Shown in pieces: positions 23,434 through 33,627 of a DNA stretch of 64,000 nt. This DNA comes from Thraustochytrium aureum. Its lineage: Eukaryota. Each line of letters begins with the position of its first letter. Within the stretch, counting starts at the first letter, position 1. Position numbers and translations under genes: made by a program. The stretch spans positions 117,188-181,187 of the forward strand of contig BLSG01000387.1 in NCBI GenBank assembly GCA_012862495.1, in the 5' to 3' direction. The notes below the pieces were generated by a model. It made no database searches. It was not told where the DNA came from and saw only the letters and a program-made list of their open reading frames with translations.

Positions 23434-24888
23434 ATGAAGGACGTGGAGGTGATCGAGCTGCTGAGTGATGGGGAGGAGGAGGAGGAGGAGGCGGGGGCGG
23501 GGGCCGGGAGCGCGGACGACGTCGTGCTGCTGACGAGCCCACCGAGCAAGAGCAAGACAACGCTGCTCATCGACGAGAAGAATGCGGCGGATCTGCGGGC
23601 CCAAAAGAAGGCGGTGGCCGAGAGCAGTGCGGTGGCTGAGAAAAAGGCTGCAGAACCGTGGGCTACACCGCCCTGGAGGCCCGCGAGCACGCCACGGGCG
23701 ACCACGAAGAAGACCCCGCCCAAATGGCCCACATCCCTCGCTGACTCGCTCGCGCCATTATACGCTCCTCTGGACGCTGCGGGGCCCCGATCGGCGCTTG
23801 GCGCTCCGCGCGGGTGGAGCTCGGGGGTGCCAGTGCGCACAGAACCAGCGCGACGAGAAGAAGCGAAACCCACCATGATCGGCACTCGGCCAGGGGAAAG
23901 CGACGCGGCGAGCATGCCGAGAAAAAGACCGCCGTGCTCCAGTTGCAACGAGCCGAGCAGCAGCCCGCTTCTCCAGTGCTCCGCATGCGACCTCACTGGC
24001 CATGCAATCTGCCTCGACGCGATGCCGCCGTACGATGTCGGCGTTTGGCGCTGCGACGCGTGCGTGGCTAGCCAGAGAAGACCAGGCGGGAGGACCGTGC
24101 CGTTCGTCCCGCTTTACGAAGCGACGATACGGTCGCCCGTCGCTTCTCAGCGCCAAAGCAAGCCAACAAACCCCACTTCCCTCCCCCAAGTCGCACAACA
24201 ACCGCCGAGCCTCACGACGCGGCACGCGGCACCCGCCTCGCTCCCTTGCGCAGGAAAAGCAAGGCCGGTCGGAGCGCACGGCGGCGCTACGAAATGCGCC
24301 CCCAACGCCGCCACAACCGTTGCGTCTGCCGCGAAAGCAACGGCTGAGCGAGAGCGAATGCGAGCTGCGCCACCGCTGCACGAGGCGCTCGCGCCCCCTC
24401 GCAAGCGTGCAGCTGACCCTGTCTGGGACTGCTCTTCTGCTGTGGTCAAGGAGACGCTTGCGCTCCTCGAACAAACGCGCAAAGAGGTCTTGGGCGAACG
24501 GCTCAACACCGCAAGGTCGCGCCTCACCTCGCCCACAGCGCTGTTTGGCATGCCTGGCCGGCGCGGGATCAAGATGCTGCGCGCGGCTGGGGGGTCCGAC
24601 ACCAATCTCGACGCAATGCCTGTGCGCGATCGCAGCGCAGGCGAGGTCGGCCCGAAAGCAAATGTCGAAGGCGAAGCCGGCAAGCGCGGCCTAACTGGGA
24701 CGGTGGAACGCTGCTACGAGGACCGCGATGAGAACGGCCACCCTCGGCGCATCGACAGGCGCAAGCGCAACGTCCCGCTCTCGTGGTCGTACGAGCTCCA
24801 GGACGCTGCCTTGAACGACGAAGAAGACCCCTTCGCGAGTGTGAACGGGTGGGAGGGCTGCGGTTACGTCTCGTACGCCGGTATGTAG
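23434..24888 (+). CDS. PHD-finger protein, otherwise low complexity
   Basis: CSSC...LLQCSACDLTGHAICL...WRCDAC; SIM-like VEVIELLSD at the N-terminus. Confidence 0.65.
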   Translation: MKDVEVIELLSDGEEEEEEAGAGAGSADDVVLLTSPPSKSKTTLLIDEKNAADLRAQKKAVAESSAVAEKKAAEPWATPPWRPASTPRATTKKTPPKWPTSLADSLAPLYAPLDAAGPRSALGAPRGWSSGVPVRTEPARREEAKPTMIGTRPGESDAASMPRKRPPCSSCNEPSSSPLLQCSACDLTGHAICLDAMPPYDVGVWRCDACVASQRRPGGRTVPFVPLYEATIRSPVASQRQSKPTNPTSLPQVAQQPPSLTTRHAAPASLPCAGKARPVGAHGGATKCAPNAATTVASAAKATAERERMRAAPPLHEALAPPRKRAADPVWDCSSAVVKETLALLEQTRKEVLGERLNTARSRLTSPTALFGMPGRRGIKMLRAAGGSDTNLDAMPVRDRSAGEVGPKANVEGEAGKRGLTGTVERCYEDRDENGHPRRIDRRKRNVPLSWSYELQDAALNDEEDPFASVNGWEGCGYVSYAGM

Positions 24889-25065
24889 AGAGCGCTGAAG
24901 CTTGCGACAAGCCCCCTCGTCGGTTGTGTGAAGCTAGACGAGTAGCCTCGGCGCCCACAGGCGCGCGGCGCCCTCAAACTACAAACTACGCAAGTCCCAT
25001 TTTTTGAACCAGTGCGGCTTTGCTGATGCCAGCTCTCGCGCGGCGACCGCAGATCGCACGCCAAC

Positions 25066-26246
25066 TCAAGCCAGCTCGGGCAGCGGCGCAGCGCGAGGCG
25101 CAGCCTGAGCCGGCGCACGCCGGGCGACCGGTTCCTGGGCGAGGGCGGCCGAGCGGCGCTCAGCAAGGCGCTCGCGGTGGCGGCGAGCTGCCTGAGCGAC
25201 GTCGACGCGCGCCGAACTCGCCTCTTCCTGTGCGCGGCGAACCGCCACCTCCAGAGCCCTACATGCCGAGAGGGCGGCCTCTCGCAGTCGGTTCCGGCGC
25301 GCCTCGTGCGCCCGTGTCCACGCAAATACCGCGAGGGCAGCAAACGCAAGCACGCGAGGCAGGATGCGCACCCGGAAGCTGGCGCACGCAGCGGCAACAA
25401 GCGCAAAGGTCGCTGCGTTGGCAGACGAGCGGTCCGCAGCCGCTTTGCGGCTCGCCATGATGGCCCGCAAGGCAGCCTCCATGTCCGCCGCGAGAGCGCG
25501 GACAGCCTGCGGCGTGCGGGCCAACTCGCCATCGAGCCGACAGTCGCGCCCAGCGAGGTCGTTGAGCACGGAAGCAGCGTCTTCTGCCACAAGCCGGGCC
25601 GTGGCCGCAGGCGCCACCGGGGACAGATCGCCGTTCACCAGGAGCTCGTCGCCGTCAAGAAGCTCGCCAGCGAGCTCGCCAGCCCGCCGCGCGTCACGCG
25701 AAGCGACAAAGTGCTGCACGGAGGCATACACGGCCGCGCCGCCCACGAGGGCCGTCGCGGCGTTGGTCGCTACTGCATACGAGCCCCCCTCAACCTGCTC
25801 CCAGAGTTTGGGGTCCCCGCCGTTGGCGGCCTCGCCGTCCGCCGACCGCTCCTCGGCCTTCCTGGTCGGACGCGTCTCGGCGCCTGCCTGGCCCGCGCGG
25901 CGCCCGGTTGGCGCGCACTTTCCTGGCAGCTGCGCGAGCGCGCGCCTCTTGGACGTGCACTGCGAGCTCGGCGGCGTTTGCCGCAAGCCTGGCCACGGTG
26001 TTCCAGTCCACTCTCGCCGCCGCGCCCCAGGCGGCTCCAGCAGCCGTTTTCGCGTTGCCGCCTGCCGCTTTCTGCTCTGCCTGGCCGTGCTCGAGGACGA
26101 ACGCGCTGCACATCTCCTGCGTCCGCGCGACGAGGCGCTGGAGGTCGGCGGCTTGAAAGTCGTCGAGCGCCTCGGCGCGGCCTGGCGCGCCGCCCAGCGC
26201 CGCGCGGTACACGGCGAGCCGCCGCAGCAGCGCAGCCACCTGCTGG
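25066..26246 (-). CDS. Hypothetical Ala-rich protein with hydrophobic segments (5' in gap; probable frameshift near 25900-25950)
   Basis: Two overlapping coding-like frames (QQVAALLRRL... and ...KLWEQVEGGSY...RVLAFAALAVFAW). Confidence 0.45.
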
Positions 26247-27092
26247 NNNNNNNNNNNNNNNNNNNNNNNNNNNNNNNNNNNNNNNNNNNNNNNNNNNNNN
26301 NNNNNNNNNNNNNNNNNNNNNNNNNNNNNNNNNNNNNNNNNNNNNNNNNNNNNNNNNNNNNNNNNNNNNNNNNNNNNNNNNNNNNNNNNNNNNNNNNNNN
26401 NNNNNNNNNNNNNNNNNNNNNNNNNNNNNNNNNNNNNNNNNNNNNNNNNNNNNNNNNNNNNNNNNNNNNNNNNNNNNNNNNNNNNNNNNNNNNNNNNNNN
26501 NNNNNNNNNNNNNNNNNNNNNNNNNNNNNNNNNNNNNNNNNNNNNNNNNNNNNNNNNNNNNNNNNNNNNNNNNNNNNNNNNNNNNNNNNNNNNNNNNNNN
26601 NNNNNNNNNNNNNNNNNNNNNNNNNNNNNNNNNNNNNNNNNNNNNNNNNNNNNNNNNNNNNNNNNNNNNNNNNNNNNNNNNNNNNNNNNNNNNNNNNNNN
26701 NNNNNNNNNNNNNNNNNNNNNNNNNNNNNNNNNNNNNNNNNNNNNNNNNNNNNNNNNNNNNNNNNNNNNNNNNNNNNNNNNNNNNNNNNNNNNNNNNNNN
26801 NNNNNNNNNNNNNNNNNNNNNNNNNNNNNNNNNNNNNNNNNNNNNNNNNNNNNNNNNNNNNNNNNNNNNNNNNNNNNNNNNNNNNNNNNNNNNNNNNNNN
26901 NNNNNNNNNNNNNNNNNNNNNNNNNNNNNNNNNNNNNNNNNNNNNNNNNNNNNNNNNNNNNNNNNNNNNNNNNNNNNNNNNNNNNNNTTGCTCACACGGT
27001 TGCGCGCAGTGCGCCTTGCCCGTGGTGGTCCAGTAGCGTAGGTATGTAGTGGGTACTCATCGTTTCTTTCTTTCTTTCTTCCTACAACAGAA

Positions 27093-27803
27093 TTAGTGCA
27101 CATTGGCCTCGATGAAGGCGTCCCAGGAGAAGGGCGGTCCGTGGCCGGGAAATACATGAACGATGTCGAGCTTCTTCAGGATCTCAAAGCTGCTCTGCAT
27201 CGCGCTCGCGTCGTCTACAATGTCCCAGACGCGTGGTTTGCCGGACATGCTTGCCAACATGTCGCCGGCAAACAGGCGGTGGTCGTCAGTCAGCACGCCG
27301 ATGCTGCCGCACGAGTGCCCAGGAAGCGCGATTACCTCGCCAGGAAACCCGAGCGATTCGTGGAGCGGCCCCGGGGAGAGGAGGAGGTCGGGCGCAAAAC
27401 GGTCGCGCGAGGCGAGCCCGAAAATCCTGTTCATGATCCGGCCCTTGAGCCGTCCTGGCGGGGAGCGGTTGTGGAACATATCTCCGCGCGCAACCATTCC
27501 CTCGTCGCCCTCGCCCATGGCGATTTTGCCGCCAAAGCTTTCCTGGAGAAAGCGGGCGTTGCCCGCGTGGTCCGAGTCGCCATGCGTGAGGATGATGGCC
27601 TCCAGTCGCTGGCAGCCAAGCTCATGCAAGGCCTCGACGACCCGCTTTCGTTGCACCGCGGGCCCTGTATCGACCAGAAACCACCTCGCAGCGTCGCGGA
27701 GGCCTTTTTCCCCGCCGTCGCCGGGTCGCGGCAGCACTTTGACCGCGTAGGCGTTGACGCTCCACAGCACGGCGAAGGGCACTCGGACGCACGTCACCTC
27801 CAT
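27093..27803 (-). CDS. Metallo-beta-lactamase fold hydrolase
   Basis: VNAY, LVDTG, THGDSDHAGN, PGHSCGS, FAGD, FPGHG; ATG at 27803. Confidence 0.9.
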   Translation of the reverse strand: MEVTCVRVPFAVLWSVNAYAVKVLPRPGDGGEKGLRDAARWFLVDTGPAVQRKRVVEALHELGCQRLEAIILTHGDSDHAGNARFLQESFGGKIAMGEGDEGMVARGDMFHNRSPPGRLKGRIMNRIFGLASRDRFAPDLLLSPGPLHESLGFPGEVIALPGHSCGSIGVLTDDHRLFAGDMLASMSGKPRVWDIVDDASAMQSSFEILKKLDIVHVFPGHGPPFSWDAFIEANVH

Positions 27804-30800
27804 AGCGCGCAGCCCTTGTCTCTTGCGCGTTTCGACAGGGCCGAACCTCCTGGGTTTCCACTTTCGGCAGGCTGGTGCGGACGCATCTGGCTGGGACAAG
27901 GCGCGTCGAATCAGCAACAGGTTCGAGCCGGGGTATTGCGGGGTGCTCGACAACTTCTGCGGGACAAACCAAACCAACAAAAAAATCAATCGAAGAACAG
28001 TGCGTTGTACTCGGCGGCGACCCGCTCTTCGTTCGTTGCTCGCGGATGGTCCGTAAAGGGCTTTCAGCGGTGGAGCTACATGCGCGAACTGCGCGTATCG
28101 CGCGAGTGGCGCGTGGGGCGATGCCCGGTGGTCTTGTGCGAGGCTGCGCCGACGGTATGCACGCGCATCGCCAGAAGATCTCGAGCGCCTCGCGCATGGC
28201 ACTCGATCGCCTCGAGGCTGTCTTTCGCCTTTGCTTTCACGTACTCGATGGATCGCTGTTTTTGGTTTCTCCCACAAAGTCCAAAAAAATCAAAAAAAAT
28301 CAGATTCAGAGAGAATCCTGGGCTGCGGAAGGATCATCAGGTCTTTATCGGATCCTGCTGGGATCCTGCCTGGCTCGATCATCGCCGGAGCGTGCCCGAA
28401 CCACCCGTCAATCGGTGTGGTACTGAGTACTGACGTCTTGCGTGGAGAGACATTTGAGTCCTCTGCAGAGCATGCCATGCCATGATGCCATGCCATGGGG
28501 TGGGTGCCTTGCACGAGCCTTCGGCACCGAGCCATCCATGATGATGATGATGACTCCTTGACTTGACCAAAAGCAGGAATGGCTCGGCCTCCTTGGCTCG
28601 GACGCCAGGGCAAGGCAGGGTTTCAGCCAGCAAGCAGATGGATCCAACATTCTGCGGCGCGGGGAGCGCGTTCACTGCAGACAGAGCTTATGAGGGAAAG
28701 CAGCCTCTGCTGCATCAGAGCGATCCTCCGCGCTGCTGGATCTTGGCCGCTAAGCTCAAGCTGGGCCCAGGCCTCCTTGCTTGCCCGTCTGCTCGGGTCG
28801 ACTGGCTGTGCAAGTTGACGCGTCGCTGCTGCCTCTCTGTCTGCTCAGGCTGTCTGTCACGCGACGGACGCTCGAAGGGTGCATGGGGATAGAGCGCCTT
28901 GGACCGACAGTACACCGGGCTCTTTGTCCTCGTTATATGTTTTGCCGGGGCTCCGGCCCTCGCCTTTGTTTCACGTACTGCTCCGCGAACAGCCTTTGCC
29001 TCCCTCGCGGTCCGTCCGAGAGCGTGCTGCAGCCAGTCGGCCACCTGAATCTGAACTGCTTTTGAGAAGGCGAGCGCTCCGTTCCTCACAGCCTCTGAGC
29101 TCCACCCTTGTGCATGTGGGCCAGCACGGCCGCGGCTGGTCGTTTCTGTTCCCGACGACTTGATTTCTCCCTGCGCGGCGCGGTCGCTGGCTTGAGCTCT
29201 TGAAAGATCGCCGCTCTCCAGTGACGTGGCTCACGTTCTTCCCTTCTCGCGGCTCACCAGACATGAATTGTGGCGCTCATCGACCATCACGCACTCTTGT
29301 GCCGCCGCTTACAGAGCACGATGCCTGCCAAAGAGCAAGCGCCCTCTCACTCGAGCGCAGGCAAGCAAGTGCTCGAGCGGGCTGGCAGTGGAGCGGTCGA
29401 TCGCCATGTCACTCCCTTTCGGACTACGGACACAGCGGAGCGAGGGTGAAAGGCCATGACGACCCCGTCAAGCAGCACGCCCGCGTTGGAACCTTGACTC
29501 TAGAGGACTGGTAGTACAGCTCGCGCAGGCCGTCCTCTCTCTCCCGCCGCCTCCTCCGCCATCGGGAGCAGCCGGAGGAGCGCGGCCGGGAGAGAGCCAT
29601 CGAGAGAGCAAGCATACCTCACCCTTCGCAGCTCGGACCCCAGGCCGTCTTTCACTTGCAGAGTGCTTTCGGAGAGCTTGCGGAGTGCATTCACATTCTG
29701 TCGCTCCGCGTAACGTCACATCAGTAAAGCGGCCCTGCCCATGAGCCAGTACGGTCCACTGAAGGTAGGTAGTAGGTAGGTACCAATTTGCGCTGTTTTT
29801 GGTGGCTCTGTTTCGTTGTTTTGTTGAANNNNNNNNNNNNNNNNNNNNNNNNNNNNNNNNNNNNNNNNNNNNNNNNNNNNNNNNNNNNNNNNNNNNNNNN
29901 NNNNNNNNNNNNNNNNNNNNNNNNNNNNNNNNNNNNNNNNNNNNNNNNNNNNNNNNNNNNNNNNNNNNNNNNNNNNNNNNNNNNNNNNNNNNNNNNNNNN
30001 NNNNNNNNNNNNNNNNNNNNNNNNNNNNNNNNNNNNNNNNNNNNNNNNNNNNNNNNNNNNNNNNNNNNNNNNNNNNNNNNNNNNNNNNNNNNNNNNNNNN
30101 NNNNNNNNNNNNNNNNNNNNNNNNNNNNNNNNNNNNNNNNNNNNNNNNNNNNNNNNNNNNNNNNNNNNNNNNNNNNNNNNNNNNNNNNNNNNNNNNNNNN
30201 NNNNNNNNNNNNNNNNNACTTGCTCCCGCTTGCCTCAAGGGCGCGAAATTGCGCAGTGTTTTTTGTTGCGCCTCTCGCGCCGCGCGGCCGCCCAATCTTC
30301 GACTCGTGCCAAGGCAAACCTGAAACCAACGCGTCTCGCGGCCACCGCCAGCTCGAGGCCCAGAGCTGCCAGCCGGACGACGCAGAGGATCGTAGAGATG
30401 ATGGGCGAGCGCAGCAAACTGATTCCTCGCCTGCTGGAGAAGAGCAAGCTGCTCGGCCGCAGGAGGCGCTCACGGTCAAAGCTGTCCCAGCAGCTCGCCG
30501 ACGAGCGCGCCGCAGAAGACGACTGGCGCCACGAGCAGCTCGACGTTTGCGAGACTCGTCTGCTGCGCATGAAGATGTTCGCGGCGGGTGGCACAAAGTC
30601 GCGGCCGTCCTCGTGGAGCTGAGTCTTGCTCGGCGCTCCGGCCAAACGGAGCTCACCTCCCCTCGCCCCTGTAAAACCTGTATGTCTGCAGTACACTACG
30701 ACCTCTCACCTGCAAAACCAGAGGCGCCCGCGCCTAGCGAGAAAATCGCAGCCGCAGGCCCGCCTGCCACGCAACCGTGACGCTCGTTGAACGAGCGCTG

Positions 30801-30888
30801 CGCAGCGCCGTCTATGCAGCCGCAACAACTGGATTTGTCCTCGCGGCTAACAAACCCGAACTGATACAATAATAGATAACTCGACCTT

Positions 30889-31989
30889 TTACTTGCTCAC
30901 CACATCTCCCGGTACTGTCGCGCTCGCTGTCCTGCTGGGCTTGTCCGAGGGGTCGGGAGCAACGCCGACGGAGATTCGGGTGCCAAACGTGTTTCGCCTC
31001 GCTCGCATGGACACGCGCGAGCAAGCCATATCGCGCAAGACAAGCAACGCGAGGACTCCAGAGTGCACAAACACTAGCACCGCCAAAGAGTAGTCGCTGT
31101 ATGGCTCAAGCGCTTTCAAGGAGCCCACCAAGCGCAACACGATCGAAAATGCGCCGAGAACCGTGTTGGCGACCAACGTCTTCACGACCTGCCTGCGCAG
31201 CCGCTTAATCCGCTTCTCCACGAGCGACGCAGCGCCGAGACGCGCCTCGGTTCCAACGGGCTCGCCCATCATCGCGTCGATGACCGAAAGGAGCGGGCGC
31301 AAAACCATGTTGACGTGGACGGCGAACGCCGCTGTGGAGACGCAAGTGAAGATTATCGCGCTGCGGAGCATGCCATGGTCTCCTGTTAACACCCATGGCA
31401 CCAGCATAACATTGTACGCCGCAGCCGTCAGCCCGACGCGCTTCCCCAGGCCTTGGAGCACGCGCCGCTCCGACTGGTGCGCAAATTTAGCGTGAGCCTG
31501 GTGCTGGAGGAACAGGATCGACCTGGTGATCCCGACTTGAACGATTAGCTCTACAGTCAAAAAAAGAAGGAACGAGAGCCACGTGAAAGGCACGCTGCTG
31601 ATGAACTGGACGCCGCCAATGTCGCGAATCTTGATGCACCAGGTCGCAACCATTATGGCATGTGCCAAGACTATGAGCCTGCGCTTGGCGAGCCGAAGGC
31701 GCCCCCCAACGCTGCGGAGGTGCGCCTTCGAGCGCTGGCTCGCGCTGCGCCTTCCATACTGCGCGAGCAAGCCTACAGAGCGCACGACGAGGAAGGCGCC
31801 AATGAACCACCACACGGCTTTCAGGAACTCAACGCTCAGTGCGCATCCGAACTCGTCTGCACGGCTGCCAGGCTCGACCCATCCTCGGTTGCAAACGCAA
31901 ACCCCAGCTTCGCACGTGCTGCGGTGCCCGCACTGGCCAACAACCAGGCCTTGCGCGTCGCAGGCGCGCAGCGCCACTGACGCTGGCAT
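30889..31989 (-). CDS. EGF-like domain plus ~7 transmembrane helices (receptor-like)
   Basis: CGHRSTCEAGVCVCNRGW...C followed by seven hydrophobic segments and a Ser/Thr-rich tail. Confidence 0.65.
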   Translation of the reverse strand: MPASVALRACDAQGLVVGQCGHRSTCEAGVCVCNRGWVEPGSRADEFGCALSVEFLKAVWWFIGAFLVVRSVGLLAQYGRRSASQRSKAHLRSVGGRLRLAKRRLIVLAHAIMVATWCIKIRDIGGVQFISSVPFTWLSFLLFLTVELIVQVGITRSILFLQHQAHAKFAHQSERRVLQGLGKRVGLTAAAYNVMLVPWVLTGDHGMLRSAIIFTCVSTAAFAVHVNMVLRPLLSVIDAMMGEPVGTEARLGAASLVEKRIKRLRRQVVKTLVANTVLGAFSIVLRLVGSLKALEPYSDYSLAVLVFVHSGVLALLVLRDMACSRVSMRARRNTFGTRISVGVAPDPSDKPSRTASATVPGDVVSK

Positions 31990-32608
31990 TGCTCTCGACT
32001 GTCGGGTCCGCCTCGGCCAAGCAGTAGCTTCCCAGCTTTGCCCCGGGCAACAGCTGCGCAGGCGGGCTGGCCTGTCTGATCAAACGCGTCAGACAGACAG
32101 ATGGATTCGTTACGTCACGAAACGAAAGGTGCTTGACTGGCTCACTCTCGTTGCTCAATGGCTCCGTTCGTTTCAGGACGAGGAAACGCCTGAATTTCTG
32201 GTTTTCCCAGAGGAGCGAGCTCGGGCTTGAGCGGGCTGTCAGTTTCAGGATTCAGGTGTCGCAACAAGAGATCCGTTGCAGCCGGCGCCGTTGCCGCCGT
32301 TGCGTGTTGTTTCCAATTGCTCCGCTGTTCGTGAATGAACGAATGAACCGACCAACGACGACAATACCGAGTAAGCGTAGGGTAGCGTAGGGCACGTAGG
32401 GCATGCAGAGCTTGCGAGGATGGGGGCGCAAGCAGGTCCTGTTGCCAGAGGACCGCCCATTGGCCAACCAGCGCGACACTTGGCCAAATCCTCGCCACGG
32501 AATCGCCCGATCCGCGTCGAACGATCGCAAAGATCCCGAGCGGCGTCGCGTTGTATCATCATTCATCATTTCACCAAAGGCGTGAGCGACAGAAGCAGCA
32601 AGCGCTTG

Positions 32609-33358
32609 CTAGAATTGGCGCTGAAATCGCTCGAGAAGCGCTCGGCTCACCTCGAGCTGGACTCGCGACGCAGACACGACGTTGCTCGGCACCTCTTCGG
32701 CGCCTCCCTCGGCGACGTTTCTCGGCACCCCTTCAGCACTCGGCACGGCAACATCGCTCGGAATCCGTTCAGCGCTTGGCACGGCAACGTTGCCCGGCAT
32801 CTCGCCAGCACTTTGCACCGCTGCTGGAGCCGTCTCGCCCTGTGATGTCAGAGAGCGCGCCTGGCGGGAGGCCTCGAGGATCTCGCCGATCAGCGCCACA
32901 GCGTCCCCGGCACGGCGCATTTCCCCATTCTCTTCGCGGAGAGCATTTCGCTCGCCAGCGGCCTGCGCCCGAAGCGCTCCAACCACACCTTGCACATACA
33001 GCTCCAAGCTCCCACGCGCCGGCTTCTCCTCAGCCGCGCGATGCTCTCCCCAAGCATCGCCAGCATACCGCTCCAGCGCAGCAGCACCACCAGGCGCTGC
33101 AAGCACGCTCAGCCTGGCCCGATCAACTAGCTCTACCGGCAGCTCGACCCGTCCAGCGCCGCAGCTCGCATCACCACGCTCGGGAGGTCGGTGTCGCTGG
33201 AGCGCGTTGACGCGATCCAGCAGGGTGCCGAGCGCGACCTCCACGTCGTGCTGCGTACCGCGCCGAACAGCGCGCGCATCCGCCACGCTTGACCGCGCCG
33301 CCGCCGCCGCTGCCGCCGTTGCGCCCGTCCTTGCTCCATCGCCATCGCCGTCCGCCAT
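32609..33358 (-). CDS. Hypothetical protein with short coiled coil and (N/D)VAVPSAE-like repeats
   Basis: ATG at 33358; ERNALREENGEMR; GNVAVPSAE/SDVAVPSAE/RNVAEGGAE. Confidence 0.45.
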   Translation of the reverse strand: MADGDGDGARTGATAAAAAAARSSVADARAVRRGTQHDVEVALGTLLDRVNALQRHRPPERGDASCGAGRVELPVELVDRARLSVLAAPGGAAALERYAGDAWGEHRAAEEKPARGSLELYVQGVVGALRAQAAGERNALREENGEMRRAGDAVALIGEILEASRQARSLTSQGETAPAAVQSAGEMPGNVAVPSAERIPSDVAVPSAEGVPRNVAEGGAEEVPSNVVSASRVQLEVSRALLERFQRQF

Positions 33359-33627
33359 CGNNNNNNNNNNNNNNNNNNNNNNNNNNNNNNNNNNNNNNNN
33401 NNNNTTGCTCCATCGCCATCGCCGTCCGCCATCGATCCATCTCCATCCATCCATCCATCCATCCAGGACTCCAACATCTCCGCACGTGCCCGGACGCGCG
33501 CCACGCAGCAGACACCGAACGCGAGCAGGAGCAGCAGCAGCAGCAGCCGCAGGAGGAGGAGCAGCAGGAGCAGCAGAGCTCGTGCGGGGTCGAGGGGCTT
33601 GGTGGTGGCGGCCAAGTGGCTCGAGGG

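Noticed and set aside
28300..30780. Short ORFs in the gene-poor interval
   Set aside because: No supportable domain or consistent exon chain
33331..33434. 30-bp direct repeat flanking the small gap
   Set aside because: Same sequence on both gap edges is typical of an unmerged contig overlap
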